A stretch of 64,000 nt of DNA from Acidobacteriota bacterium (GCA_963666055.2 CAXWPH010000015.1:672001-736000), one strand, 5' to 3'; positions 9,668-20,319 are shown, counted from the stretch's first letter. Made by a program: numbers and translations. Notes: generated from the sequence alone by a model not told the origin.

Positions 9668-10639
9668 TCAAGGCAGCGCGACGACTTTCCCGAGAACCTT
9701 GCGATCGAGCATGTCGCGCATTGCCTGCGGCACTTCCTCGAGAGAGCAGCGTCGTGAGATCAGCGGCCGGAGATCGCCCGCCGCGGCGTACTCCCCGAGC
9801 TCCCGCGACATCGTCTGGAAGATCTCGGGCTCCTTCGCCCTCGCGGCCCCCCAAGAGACCCCGACGATGGAAGAACCCTTGAGAAGGGAGAGGTTGAGCG
9901 GAATGCGCGGGATGCCTGCAGTGAAGCCGACGACCAGGAATCGGCCCCGCCAGTTCGTGGCACGAAACGCAGCCTCGGCGTAATCACCACCCACCGCGTC
10001 GAAGACAACGTCCACGCCTTCTCCACTCGTAAGCTCCTTGGCGCGATTCTTCAGATCCTCCTGCTCATAGTTGATCGTCTCGTCTGCGCCACGCTCGCGA
10101 CACAGGGCCAGCTTCTCGGGCGTGGAGGCGGCGGCAATGACCTTGGCGCCAAGCAGCTTCCCCAACTCGATCGTCGCCAGCCCGAGGCTCCCCGCGGCTC
10201 CGAGAACGAGCAGAGTCTCGCCCGGCTGCAGATCGCCGCGGTACTTCAGCGCGTACAAGCTAGTGCCGTAGGCGTATCCGAACCCCGTCGCCTCGGCGTA
10301 TTCCAGTCCCTGAGGCAAACGTCGCAAGTCGGCCGCCGGAATCGCCACCCGTTCAGCAAAACCGCCCGTGGCGCGCCCGCCGACAACATCGTCGCCCGTC
10401 GCAAGCTCCGTCACGTCCGCGCCCACGGCGCTCACCACGCCCGCCACATCACTACCCGGAATGAAGGGCGGCGTCGCCTTGACCTGATAGCGATCCTCGA
10501 TGATCAAGGTGTCGGGAAAGGTGATCGCCACGGCGCGAACATCCACGACCACCTCGCCCTCGCCGGGGCTTGGGTCGTCGACAGTCTCGACCGCCAGACT
10601 CTCAGGCGAGCCAAACGCCTTGCAGACAATGGCTCTCAC
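9668..10639 (-). CDS. NADPH:quinone oxidoreductase (zeta-crystallin/MDR family)
   Basis: PFIPGSDVAG, LVLGAAGSLG, GVDVVFDAVGG, GRFLVVGFTAG, GKVV. Confidence 0.92.
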   Translation of the reverse strand: MRAIVCKAFGSPESLAVETVDDPSPGEGEVVVDVRAVAITFPDTLIIEDRYQVKATPPFIPGSDVAGVVSAVGADVTELATGDDVVGGRATGGFAERVAIPAADLRRLPQGLEYAEATGFGYAYGTSLYALKYRGDLQPGETLLVLGAAGSLGLATIELGKLLGAKVIAAASTPEKLALCRERGADETINYEQEDLKNRAKELTSGEGVDVVFDAVGGDYAEAAFRATNWRGRFLVVGFTAGIPRIPLNLSLLKGSSIVGVSWGAARAKEPEIFQTMSRELGEYAAAGDLRPLISRRCSLEEVPQAMRDMLDRKVLGKVVALP

Positions 10640-10669
10640 ATTCGCACCTCGTTTGTTAGAACCGGAAGG

Positions 10670-10751
10670 GCGCGCGTCTCGTCGTCGCGCCTGGCATCCG
10701 CACCCATTTCGCCACCACGATATGCAAGGATCATCTGTTACAGGCTGCTAG
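10670..10751. mobile_element. Truncated end of MITE-like family C
   Basis: 10718-10751 matches 38804-38837 at 31/34 nt (CGATATGCAA.GATCATCTGTTACAGGC..CTAG); shares its CTAG with the adjacent family A copy. Left boundary approximate. Confidence 0.65.
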
Positions 10752-11160
10752 CAGGCCGTGGTGGAAGTGTGGCGGGCCTGGTTACGGCGAGTTGGGGCCA
10801 GATGCAAGGCGGCCTGACACTGGCGATGCCCCGGCCATCGTCTAGCAGGGTGCTGAAAAACTCTGATGGGTCTGGCGGGTGGGTCTTGCTGGCGAGATCA
10901 AGGAAGAGCGACGAGGGCGATGCCAGGGTCATCGTCGAGGAGCTCTGACGCTGAGATCGCCAGCAAGACCCACCCGCCCAACGGGTTACGCCGCAGACGG
11001 CCCCAAATCGCCGTAACCCTTCGGGCGATAGGGGGTTGCGCGCGTATGCTACGTCGTTCCTCGTCAACGATGGGGTAACCATCGCCTCCTCCTCTCTCCT
11101 TGCCTCCGCCCCGCAAGACCCTGTCGCCAGGCCCGCCACACTTCCACCACGGCCTGCTAG
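10748..11160. mobile_element. MITE-like element, family A, copy 2 (opposite orientation, with nested insertion)
   Basis: Perfect 34-bp TIR CTAGCAGGCCGTGGTGGAAGTGTGGCGGGCCTGG; interior is the reverse complement of copy 1 plus a ~145-bp insert. Confidence 0.85.
10842..10988. mobile_element. Nested truncated MITE-like element, family B
   Basis: Begins CTAGCAGGGTGCTGAAAAACTC (resembles IS5/IS1182-type ends); perfect 22-bp internal inverted repeat 10873-10894/10957-10978; absent from family A copies 1 and 3; right TIR missing. Confidence 0.7.
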
Positions 11161-13235
11161 ACGAGATCCCGCGGGATCGTGTCGGCCCACTCCTTCTCGT
11201 ACTGCAGCTCGCCGTCGACTCGCAGCTCACGCCGGACGCTGATCTCGAAAGTCTTCTCGTCGCTCTCGAGGGTCATCCAGGAGTTGCAGGTGATCACGCG
11301 GCCGTCCTTCCGCACCTCGTCGCGGCCCTCGGCGACGATGGTGGCGTGCGCCGGATCCCGGTCGCTAGCGGTGGACCAGCGTCGCTCCATGCTGCCGTAT
11401 GCCGGCTGGATCGTTTCCCGAAACACCGTCACGGTCTGCTTCATCTCGTCGCGAATGACCTCCCACTGGTCGATGGGTCCAGGCCCGGCCAAACCCTGGA
11501 CTTCGACGATCTCGGGAGGCTCGTAGGGCCGCGACCGGGCGCTCGCCGACATGACCGGCAGGACGATGCGGGAGGGGTGATCGGCGTCGACGTGCAGTTT
11601 GGTCGTCATCCGATACGGCGTCGGCCACAGGTTGGGGAAATCGGCGTTGGCGATCGCCACGCGCACCCTATGCCCCTTGGGAAACACCCAGGAGATGACC
11701 TTGAGGTTGAACTTCAGCTCGTAGATCTCACCCGGGGTCAACGGCTCGGGATCGACGTGCGAGTCACGATGGGCACCGTTGATAATGCCCTTGGTCACCA
11801 ACGTAGAGGTTCCGTCGGGGGCAACGTCACACAGGCGGACGATCCAGTTCGCTACCGGCGCGCTGGCGGATACGTGCAGAATCGCCTGTGGGAAGCCGAG
11901 GATTTCGAAGCTGGCTTCCAGCGGCACGGTATCGAAGGTCATCGCGTAGGCGTCGTCGGCGCGCTGGTCGATCGGTAACTCGGCCGCGTTGTGCGGGCAG
12001 CGGTAGCGGTTGGTCATCCCGACGGTGGGCTTGTACTCGAGCTCCGACTCATGGTCGAACGTCCGCTCGCGCCCCAGGACTCCCTCTGGCTGCGGATACC
12101 AGGTCACTGCGTCGATGCCCTCCGGTGGCCAATCGGTGTAGCGCCACTCCCCCGGAATGTTCTCGAGCTCCAGGCTGGGCTTGTACGAGTTGTTGACGTA
12201 CATCGCCAGCCGTGGCTCCTGCATCAGCCCGGTGTCGTTGTCCTTGAGCCAATGATCCCACCAGCGCAACATCTCGGGTTTGGGGTTATACGGTGGCCCC
12301 GGCTTGCCGATCGAGTGCGTCCACTGGCCAATGATGGCGCGCGTCGGGACCGACATCCTCTCGAGCATGCGCGGGATGCTGTCGGTATAGGCATCGATCC
12401 AGCCGCCGATCATCATCGTCGGGATCTTGATGGCGGCGTAGTCGGGACGCAGTGACATGCGCTGCCAGAACTCGTCGTTGCGCTGGTGGCGCAGCATGTC
12501 GAAGACCCAGGGCTGGTGCTCTACCCGGTAGCGCGCCTCCTCGGTGTCCGGGTCGTAATCGGGCCAGGCCGGCAATCCCATGTTGGAGATCATCGAGAAC
12601 GGCCAGCGGCCAAGCGACTCGAACTGTAGCGCCCCGTCGTAGTAGACGATGTCGTCGGTGAACACATCGTCGGTAGCGTGCATGGGCACGATCGCCTTCA
12701 GCGCCGGCGGCTGCATCATCGCGACCTGCGTGGCGTTGAAGCCGCCGTAGGATGAGCCGAACATGCCGACGTTGCCGTTGCTCCATGCCTGGGTCGCCAA
12801 CCACTCGATGACATCGAGGGCGTCTTCACGCTCCTGAACCGAGTACTCGTTGGGCGTCGTCCAGCCGGCGCTCGTGCCAGTGCCGCGTACGTCCACCTGG
12901 GCGACCACGTAGCCGCGCTCGGCGTAGTACCCGAAGCTGCCGAGTTGATCGGATTCGGTGCGTCGGTACGGGTCGTAGCTGAACAGAGCGGGGAAATTAT
13001 CGTCCGGGCCGGCGCCCTCGGGCATCACCAGCCGGGCGGCCAGACGCACACCGTCGCGCATGGGGATGAAAGCGAGCACCGAGCGCGCCCCGAAGCGCGG
13101 TTGGCTGACCTTCTCGGTCCATGGAGCAGCGCTGGCTACCCCGCCGAGAAGTTGCGCCGCGCCAGCCCGAGCACTCAGCAAGCTAGCCCCGGCGATCGAA
13201 CCGGCCTTGCCGAGAAAATCCCGTCGCGTGTCCAT
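11157..13235 (-). CDS. CocE/NonD family serine hydrolase (peptidase S15) with Tat signal
   Basis: TRRDFL, IPMRDGVRLAA, DVRGTGTSAG, GMFGSSYGG nucleophile, GQWTH, PepX_C-like C-terminus. Confidence 0.93.
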   Translation of the reverse strand: MDTRRDFLGKAGSIAGASLLSARAGAAQLLGGVASAAPWTEKVSQPRFGARSVLAFIPMRDGVRLAARLVMPEGAGPDDNFPALFSYDPYRRTESDQLGSFGYYAERGYVVAQVDVRGTGTSAGWTTPNEYSVQEREDALDVIEWLATQAWSNGNVGMFGSSYGGFNATQVAMMQPPALKAIVPMHATDDVFTDDIVYYDGALQFESLGRWPFSMISNMGLPAWPDYDPDTEEARYRVEHQPWVFDMLRHQRNDEFWQRMSLRPDYAAIKIPTMMIGGWIDAYTDSIPRMLERMSVPTRAIIGQWTHSIGKPGPPYNPKPEMLRWWDHWLKDNDTGLMQEPRLAMYVNNSYKPSLELENIPGEWRYTDWPPEGIDAVTWYPQPEGVLGRERTFDHESELEYKPTVGMTNRYRCPHNAAELPIDQRADDAYAMTFDTVPLEASFEILGFPQAILHVSASAPVANWIVRLCDVAPDGTSTLVTKGIINGAHRDSHVDPEPLTPGEIYELKFNLKVISWVFPKGHRVRVAIANADFPNLWPTPYRMTTKLHVDADHPSRIVLPVMSASARSRPYEPPEIVEVQGLAGPGPIDQWEVIRDEMKQTVTVFRETIQPAYGSMERRWSTASDRDPAHATIVAEGRDEVRKDGRVITCNSWMTLESDEKTFEISVRRELRVDGELQYEKEWADTIPRDLV

Positions 13236-13407
13236 GGTGCACTCTCCTCCACTACCGGCAGAGCGGATTCAGAAATCCCCGGAGGTCTTCGGCTGGCATT
13301 CTTCGAGACCTCGTGGCCGCAGTCAACCGCGAGCACGTTGCGCCCTGCAGCGCCGCATCTACGCGTCTGCGCCGAGGCCCCGGCCGAGGTCCGTGACCGG
13401 TCCGCCG

Positions 13408-14760
13408 TCAGCGTCGAGCGAGCCGGGGGCCGAAGATCACCACCACCCAGAACAACATCGCCGCCACGCAGATCCCCAGTACCGGCAACCCGCCGAGCAC
13501 CGCAATGAGCGGGATCGCGGCGCCGGTCCATAGTCCGCCTCCCATGATCGGCTCGTGCAGCAGCTGCTTGCCGGCAAACGCCTTCGCCGCCGACGACTCG
13601 TAGTCGGGATCGACCACCCGCAGCAACAGCAGGCCGGTGGCGGTGACGCCCATCGACTGACCCATCTCGGCGATGCTGCGCTCGAACCACGCATCGTGGA
13701 AGACGCGTCGGGCGAGGAACATGACGCAGAACACGTTCCACAGGATGCCGGCAACGATGAGGATCATCAGCGGCGCCAGCCCGGTGGCGACCACGTCGAG
13801 ACGAATCGTGGCAATCGCCGCGATGACCAGAAAGTCGAGCGCCGCGTTCTGGATTCTCCGCATCAGCCCGAGATCGATCAGCTTGTGGCGGTCGTACTTG
13901 TCCTCCCACCACTAGATTAGCACCCCGCCGATCATGCACAGCGGGAACAGCGGAAAGCTCGCCAGCAGCCGATACTGCGCCAGGCCGGGAATTGCAGCCT
14001 CGACGAGCAACAGGCCCTCCTTGAGGAGGATCCCGAAGAAAATCGCCAGCCCCACGACTACCACATGCAGGCTGAGCGATTCGACGGCGTCGGTGTTGAC
14101 CGTCAGGTGTCCGGCGACCGGCCGCCCCTTGACCGGGAGAAACCCGGCAGACTCGTCGGCACTCAAATCGGCCGCCGGGCGCTTGACTTCGGTGTAACCG
14201 TGCCGCACAGCCCAGTTGACCAATGCCATGCCGACGATGATCGCCCCGAGGATGCCGCCAGTTGCCGCCGCTAACGCGAAGTCCCTACCCTCATCCCAGC
14301 CCAGATCGGTGAACACCGGCCCCAGGCCGGCGGCAGTGCCGTGCCCGCCCTCGAAGCCGACCGGCAGGATACCGCCGAACAAGTCGGACAGGCCGAACAT
14401 GGGTCCGAGAAACGCCAAAACGAGCCCGATGCCGACCACGTACTGACCCCAGGCAACTAGCTGGCCGTAGGCGAGCTGCAGGCCGGCGATTCCCCACAGC
14501 TCGGACAGCTTGGGCAGGGTCACGCCGAGAAACAGGCAGGCGAAGACCACGTTGATCAACAGCCCCGGCAGCGCGCTCCATCCGGCCGTCCAAACGGCGG
14601 GCAGCGGGTACCCGGCAACGCGGCCTACTTGCAGAACGACCAGCCCCAGCAGCCCACCGATGACGCACGAGGGCAGATAGAGCATCTGCAGGGTGCGCAG
14701 CTTGGTACGCACCCAGTGGCCGAGACCAAGCAGAATGCACAGACCGACGAACGATTGCAT
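13408..14760 (-). pseudogene. gltS: Sodium:glutamate symporter interrupted by an in-frame TAG (13912-13914)
   Basis: LPSCVIGG, GFEGGHGTAAG, FPLFPL, GQSMGVTATGLLLLRVVDP; the two ORFs are in the same frame (GGVLI*WWEDKYDRH). Confidence 0.82.
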
Positions 14761-14790
14761 GGGAGTCGTTAACTCCGGTTGGGGCGGTGC

Positions 14791-16797
14791 TTAATCCGGC
14801 TTCAGGCGCACCGCCCACAGGCCAGAGTAGAAGTCCGAGAAGAAAATGGTGCCCTTGTGGTACTGCGGACCCCAGCTGAAGACGGCGTTCGGGAAGTAGC
14901 CGTCCGGGTCGAACGGCAGGAAATAGGCAATCTCACGACCCTGCCGATACAGATCACCCATGAGCTCGCCGGATATGTCGACAACCCGAAGACCGTACTG
15001 GATATAGGCGATATAGAGAATCTCGTCGTGCACCCACAGGTTGTGGCTGCCACCCTCCGGGACCTTGTAACGCGCCACTTCATGAGGCGTATCCCACTCG
15101 TCCCACTCGACGAAATGCACCCAGCCGGCCTGACGTTCGGGCTCGTCCGGACTACCCGGCTGGCCACCGCGCATCACGGTTTCGTCGCCGGCGATCAGGT
15201 AAAACCGATTCGCGGACTCGCTGTGGAACGGCAGCGCCGCATGGTTCCAGCCACTCGGGTGGGTGTAGCTGCCGAGCATCACCGGGTTGCGCGGTGAACC
15301 TCCCTGACCCCCTCCACCGACATCGACCGCTACCACCCCGTCGGACCAGTTGGACGAATAGGCGATGCCGTCCTCGACCCAGACGTCGTGAATCGCGTGG
15401 CCTGGCGTTTCGAGCTCGAAGCGCGCCACGCGATACGGGTTGCGCGGGTCCTCGATGTTGATGATCTCGTAGTATTGGCCTGCGCCTACAGCATAGACGT
15501 GGTTGTCATAGACGAACGCGTTGTGAACGCCACCGGTGAGATTCTGGTCGTAGCTCGACAGGATGCGCATGCCGTCCTGCGGGCTGGAGACGTCGAGAAT
15601 GACGATTCCATTGCGCCGGTTGGAGGCGCCTTCGCGAGTCAGCACGGCGATACGACCGTCCTCGGAGATCTTGATGTCGTTGACCGTGCGCGCGTCGATG
15701 CGGATTGAATCGATCATCGCGATGGCGCTCGGGTCGGTGACGTCCCACATGAACGCCTGGCCGTCGGCGCCCCAGGTACCGGTTATGGCGTAGTCGCGGC
15801 CGTCGGTTCCCTCCCAGACCCACAGGTCCGAGGTACCGCGATCGCTGACACGGCCCTGGCCGACGAGCTCGATCTCGCGCTTGGCGTTGCGCGGCCGGAT
15901 GGTGACCCGTTGCTGTGCATGGTGCACCCCCGAGATCGCCACGATGGTGTACTCGCCGGGCAGATCAGCAACAAACCGTCCGTCGCGCCCCATGACACCG
16001 GATCCGGGCTCGCCGCGCTCGTGCTCGGTCGTACGCGCGCTGAAGGCGTACTCGACGGGAGCTCCACCTACGGGTCCCCCGGCAGCGTCCAGTGGCGTGG
16101 CCTCGAAGTGAATGACCTCGCCCGTCCGAGCCTCGGTGGTCGAGGCGGTGAGACGCAGCGACGCGGTCGGATTGGGTTCCACGACGACAGACAGTGCGGC
16201 GGCGGCCTCGCCCACCCCGCGGTCCACTCGGGCGGTGATCGTTGCGCTGCCCGTCGCCATCAGCTTGACGCGTCCGAATCGACCCACCTCGGCGATGTGC
16301 GCATCGCTGCTGCTCAGCTGCACCTCATCATCGCGGCTCGCCTCTGCCACATCGGTCACCGCCGTCTTCAATCGCACTGTCGTCCCTTGGTAAAAGCGTC
16401 GGGGCGGATCGACGAAGACGATGCTGGCGATGGCCGGCTTGGGCACCACGACGCGAACCCGTGCCTCCAGGGCGGGTGGCTCCTCGCCCCCGGCGTCCGC
16501 TAGCTCTCGTGCGACGCGGACGAGGATCGTATGGCTGCCCGGTCGGATCGCCGTCACCAGACCATCGCTGCTGACGCTGACGCTACGCGCGGCCAGCGAC
16601 AGGAAGATCACCTCGGCGTCGTGCACCGGGTCGCCGGCCGCGTCGGTCACCATAGCGTGCAGAGGTCGGCTCTCGCCGACCTCGAGCCGCAGCTCCGTGG
16701 GCCCCACGGCGAGGTTGTCGGCAACACCAGACTGGCCCGCTCCTGCCTGAGCCATGAGCGCCAGAGCTGCTGTGGCGATCAGCGCATAGCGCGTCAC
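14791..16797 (-). CDS. Secreted Ig-like (Big_2) + LVIVD-repeat beta-propeller protein, paralog 1
   Basis: Signal peptide, three Ig-like segments, repeats GIVILDVS/YEIINIED/GVVAVDV/GLRVVDIS; close paralog at 25443-27485. Confidence 0.8.
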   Translation of the reverse strand: MTRYALIATAALALMAQAGAGQSGVADNLAVGPTELRLEVGESRPLHAMVTDAAGDPVHDAEVIFLSLAARSVSVSSDGLVTAIRPGSHTILVRVARELADAGGEEPPALEARVRVVVPKPAIASIVFVDPPRRFYQGTTVRLKTAVTDVAEASRDDEVQLSSSDAHIAEVGRFGRVKLMATGSATITARVDRGVGEAAAALSVVVEPNPTASLRLTASTTEARTGEVIHFEATPLDAAGGPVGGAPVEYAFSARTTEHERGEPGSGVMGRDGRFVADLPGEYTIVAISGVHHAQQRVTIRPRNAKREIELVGQGRVSDRGTSDLWVWEGTDGRDYAITGTWGADGQAFMWDVTDPSAIAMIDSIRIDARTVNDIKISEDGRIAVLTREGASNRRNGIVILDVSSPQDGMRILSSYDQNLTGGVHNAFVYDNHVYAVGAGQYYEIINIEDPRNPYRVARFELETPGHAIHDVWVEDGIAYSSNWSDGVVAVDVGGGGQGGSPRNPVMLGSYTHPSGWNHAALPFHSESANRFYLIAGDETVMRGGQPGSPDEPERQAGWVHFVEWDEWDTPHEVARYKVPEGGSHNLWVHDEILYIAYIQYGLRVVDISGELMGDLYRQGREIAYFLPFDPDGYFPNAVFSWGPQYHKGTIFFSDFYSGLWAVRLKPD

Positions 16798-16800
16798 GGG

Positions 16801-18798
16801 TCAGGTGCGCTCGGCCCAGGGGTACTGAAACTCCGGGCGCAGGACGTCGCCGAGCAACTCCTGCACCGCCCGGTGCCCCTGATCGAACGCCGCGTGCGTC
16901 AGACAGGTCGCCGCCGCGTCGGAGTTGGCAACCGTGATGCGCCCGAAGCGCTGTCGCCCGACCACCCACGGCACCTCGTCGTACCCCCAATCTGGATCGT
17001 AGAGGTCGTTGGCACCCCCGGCGTAGCCGTGTGGCCAGCGGTTCACGGTGATCGCCTCGATGTCGCGCGCCGAGTCGAAGCCGCCGTCGGCGAGCGCCCT
17101 GCCAAGGTCATCGCGGATGCGGCGCTCGAAGACCTCGAACGGGGTGGACTGGAGGTCCTCTCGCCCGGCGCGGAACTGATCACGCGCCGGCAGGCCCGGC
17201 TGGATCGGCACCCGCTTGAGGTGCAGCACCATCGGCTCCCCCGGGGTGCGCGCACACACGTAGTCGCCGAGGCTGATCGAATAATCAAGGCTCGTGTTGG
17301 TGTGGTACCCACCCGGCGCGTAGAAGCTCTGCATACCCAGCTCCGCCCATGCCTCCCAGTTGCGGAGCAGCACGTTCGTGTAGACGAGCGGCTGTCGGAC
17401 CGCCATCTTGAGCGCCGATTTCTGCGTCTCCGGGAGCTCGGGGCAGAGATACGGGATCACGGCGTTGTAGCACGCCATGACGCATGTGCTGCCACGTACG
17501 CTATAGGCCTTGCCATCGCGGACGTAGGTAACCTCCACCTCCTCGGCGGTGCGGCGCTCGCCGACGTGCCTGGCGTTCACTACCGTGCTGTTGAGACGGA
17601 TGCGCACCGCGCTGCCCGGCTCGTCGATTCGGTCGTACCGGATAGGCTGAGTAACCGAGTCCTCCATTGTCGTCCCCGGCAGCGTTGCGGGGTTGAGCCA
17701 GCGGACGATCAGGCGGGCGACGCTGGCATTGCCATCCGGGAAGTGGATGCTCTCGCCGAAATCATCGTCGGGAAGCCAGCTTCTGAGCGGCCGCTCCAGC
17801 CCGAGTCCATCGAGCGCCGGGTAACGACCAGCGCGCAGCGCGCCCCAGGCGCTGTACGAGTCGATGCCGGCGGCGCCGTTCGATCCACCGAGGGAAAGGC
17901 TCAAGAAGTAGGGAATGACACCCGGGTCCGCTTTCACGACCTGCAGCAGATAGTCCTGATAGCTGATCTTGCGCAACCGCTGCTTCTTCTCCTCGAGCGA
18001 CAAGCCCGGCAGGTAGTCGCGCTTGTCCTCGTAGAGCCGCAGCATGTCCTTCTTGACGGTGTCGGACATCGGCGTCTTGGCGAGGAACTCCTCCCAGGTG
18101 AGCGACCCGGCGCCCGCCGGCTCGGAGCTCCGCCGCGGCCTCCCGACCACCAGGCGATCCTCTCCGAACGTCTCGCGGTCGAAGAACGTGCCCGAGCTCA
18201 GCCCCATGCGTCCGTAAAGGCTACGATCGGACTCGGTCTTGCGCAGGAAGCGCGGGCCGTCGATGCCGATGTCTTCAAGCAGCGCCTTGCCCTCGTAGGT
18301 ATAGCTGTTCTTGCCGTGAATCATCATCGTGCCGCCGTAGCCGATGATCCGCCGGTCGCCGATGGTGAACTCGTTGCGCTTGGCGTGGCCGCCGAAGTCG
18401 TCGTGGTTGTCGAGGATGAGAATCCTCGCCTCCGGCAACGCCTTGCGGAAGAAATACGCCGAGGCCAATCCGCTGAGGCCGCCGCCGACGACGATCAGGT
18501 CGTAGCTTTCGCCGGTGCCTTCGGCGTTGTCCCAGGTCTTGCCGTCGCGCATCTCATGCGCCACCTCGAAGGATCCCTCGTGGCTGCCGCGCATACCGGT
18601 GAGACGAGGCGGATAGTAGTCGCCGGGCTCTTCTCCACGCCGCTTACCGGATGGCACGACGGCTGGCTCGGAAGCGTCCGCGCTCGATGGGGAGAGACCG
18701 ATCGCGCTGGCGCCGCCGATCGCCACACTGGTGCCGTTGAGGAAATCGCGCCGGGTGATTTCCCGGCCCATCCCAAGCTCACGATCTGTCTTCGCCAT
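16801..18798 (-). CDS. Tat-exported FAD-dependent oxidoreductase, spermidine dehydrogenase SpdH-like
   Basis: ITRRDFLNG, YYPPRLTGMRGSH, VVGGGLSGL, DNHDDFGGHAKRNEF, HFPDGNAS, ITVNRWPHGYA. Confidence 0.85.
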   Translation of the reverse strand: MAKTDRELGMGREITRRDFLNGTSVAIGGASAIGLSPSSADASEPAVVPSGKRRGEEPGDYYPPRLTGMRGSHEGSFEVAHEMRDGKTWDNAEGTGESYDLIVVGGGLSGLASAYFFRKALPEARILILDNHDDFGGHAKRNEFTIGDRRIIGYGGTMMIHGKNSYTYEGKALLEDIGIDGPRFLRKTESDRSLYGRMGLSSGTFFDRETFGEDRLVVGRPRRSSEPAGAGSLTWEEFLAKTPMSDTVKKDMLRLYEDKRDYLPGLSLEEKKQRLRKISYQDYLLQVVKADPGVIPYFLSLSLGGSNGAAGIDSYSAWGALRAGRYPALDGLGLERPLRSWLPDDDFGESIHFPDGNASVARLIVRWLNPATLPGTTMEDSVTQPIRYDRIDEPGSAVRIRLNSTVVNARHVGERRTAEEVEVTYVRDGKAYSVRGSTCVMACYNAVIPYLCPELPETQKSALKMAVRQPLVYTNVLLRNWEAWAELGMQSFYAPGGYHTNTSLDYSISLGDYVCARTPGEPMVLHLKRVPIQPGLPARDQFRAGREDLQSTPFEVFERRIRDDLGRALADGGFDSARDIEAITVNRWPHGYAGGANDLYDPDWGYDEVPWVVGRQRFGRITVANSDAAATCLTHAAFDQGHRAVQELLGDVLRPEFQYPWAERT

Positions 18799-18921
18799 CA
18801 ATGTCTCCCGTTTTGCTCTTCGATCAGGCCCGCGAAGATGCTTTGGCCACGACCATAGACCATCTGCATGCCGCGGTAGTTAGTTGGGCGGAAATACCGT
18901 CATGGGGTCCACCCCTCTGGC

Positions 18922-20319
18922 TCAGCTACTGAAACGCTTGAGCAAGCGGTACCAGAACTCGATTGAATCGTGGAACGCGTCAACACGAACGCGCTCGTCG
19001 AGCCCGTGGGCGCGACTGTCGCCGAAATCACCGAACAGCCCGGAGACGCCATACACGGGGATACCGGCGTTACGAACGAACAGGCCGTCGGTAGCATAGG
19101 TTGCCTGCTCGGGCATCACGGCTGCGCCCGGCCAGATTTCGTCGACGAGCTCGCGAATCGGCTGCACGACGTCGTCTTGCAACGGTGACGGTGGGCTGGC
19201 TACCGTGCCACCGCTCTGCAACGGGCGAATCTCGATCGACTCGTTGGCGACCACCTCGCGCAGCGTCGCCATGACGTGGCTCGGCTCCACGCCGGGCAGG
19301 ATGCGGCAGTTCACCGTCGCCTTGGCTACGCGCGGCAGGGCATTCTCGGCCACCCCCGACTCCAGCATGGTCGCAACGCAGGTCGTGCGCATGGTCGAGT
19401 TGGCCCACGGATCGCCGGCAGCGAGACGGCGTAGCGCGTCAGGGTCCGGGTTCGCCTCGCCCGCGGCACGCAGCAGCGCGCCCTCCTCGCCAGCGGTGCG
19501 TTCCCCGCTGACCCGGAAGCCCTCGCGAACGATCGCACTGACGTCGATCGGGAACTGGTATTGCTGCAGCTTGACCAGTGCATGCGCGAGATCGTAGATG
19601 GCATTGTCGGGACGCGGCAACGAGCTGTGCCCGCCGGGGTTCACGGCCACCAGTTCGTACGACTGATAGCGTTTCTCGGCCATCTGAATCATGAAGATCG
19701 AGGGCTCCCCGTTGGCGTCGAACACGCCGCCACCAGAGTCGGTGTTGAGGGCCAGTTCCGCGTCGATGAGCTCAAGACGCTGCTGAGCCAGGTGAGAGAT
19801 CCCACCCATGGTGGTCTCTTCGTTCCCGGTAAGCACCAGGATGATGTCGCGATCGGGCTCGTAGCCCTCCTGGCGTAGCCGGATGAAATTGGCAACCAGC
19901 GCCGCGACGCCGGCCTTGTTGTCGGTCGTCCCGCGGCCGTAGTAGTAGCCGTCGATCTCGGCGAGGGTGAACGGATCGGCCTGCCAGGACTCCGGGTCGG
20001 CGTCGACCACGTCCACGTGGGCCATCGTCAGTAGAGGCTGGCGGACGCCGGAGCCCCTGTATCGCACCAGCAGGTTCGCTCGGCCCGCGTCGACGAACGT
20101 GATGTCGTCCTCAGCGAAGCCGGCAGCAGTGAGGCGCTGCGCCAGCCCCTCGAGGATCCGCCGCGTGTTCTCCGGAAACGCCTCGCTCGACCGTATCTCG
20201 ACGAGCTCGCGCAGCAGCTCCAGTGCGAGCGGCTCTTGCCCCGCGTGCGACCAGGCGATCGAGCCGGCAGTCAGTAGGCCGGCGAGAGAGACGGCGAGGG
20301 CAACGCGCGTTCGAGCCAT
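18922..20319 (-). CDS. Secreted M20/M25/M40 metallopeptidase
   Basis: AHVDVV, GRGTTDNK, NEET, GGHSS, HGLDER; signal peptide. Confidence 0.92.
   Translation of the reverse strand: MARTRVALAVSLAGLLTAGSIAWSHAGQEPLALELLRELVEIRSSEAFPENTRRILEGLAQRLTAAGFAEDDITFVDAGRANLLVRYRGSGVRQPLLTMAHVDVVDADPESWQADPFTLAEIDGYYYGRGTTDNKAGVAALVANFIRLRQEGYEPDRDIILVLTGNEETTMGGISHLAQQRLELIDAELALNTDSGGGVFDANGEPSIFMIQMAEKRYQSYELVAVNPGGHSSLPRPDNAIYDLAHALVKLQQYQFPIDVSAIVREGFRVSGERTAGEEGALLRAAGEANPDPDALRRLAAGDPWANSTMRTTCVATMLESGVAENALPRVAKATVNCRILPGVEPSHVMATLREVVANESIEIRPLQSGGTVASPPSPLQDDVVQPIRELVDEIWPGAAVMPEQATYATDGLFVRNAGIPVYGVSGLFGDFGDSRAHGLDERVRVDAFHDSIEFWYRLLKRFSS

Noticed and set aside
16531-18858. Long antisense/overlapping ORFs (775 aa here; also 21578-22972, 28829-29965, 55336-56907 and others)
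   Set aside because: Shadow ORFs of high-GC coding genes; Arg/Ala/Pro-rich with no motifs.
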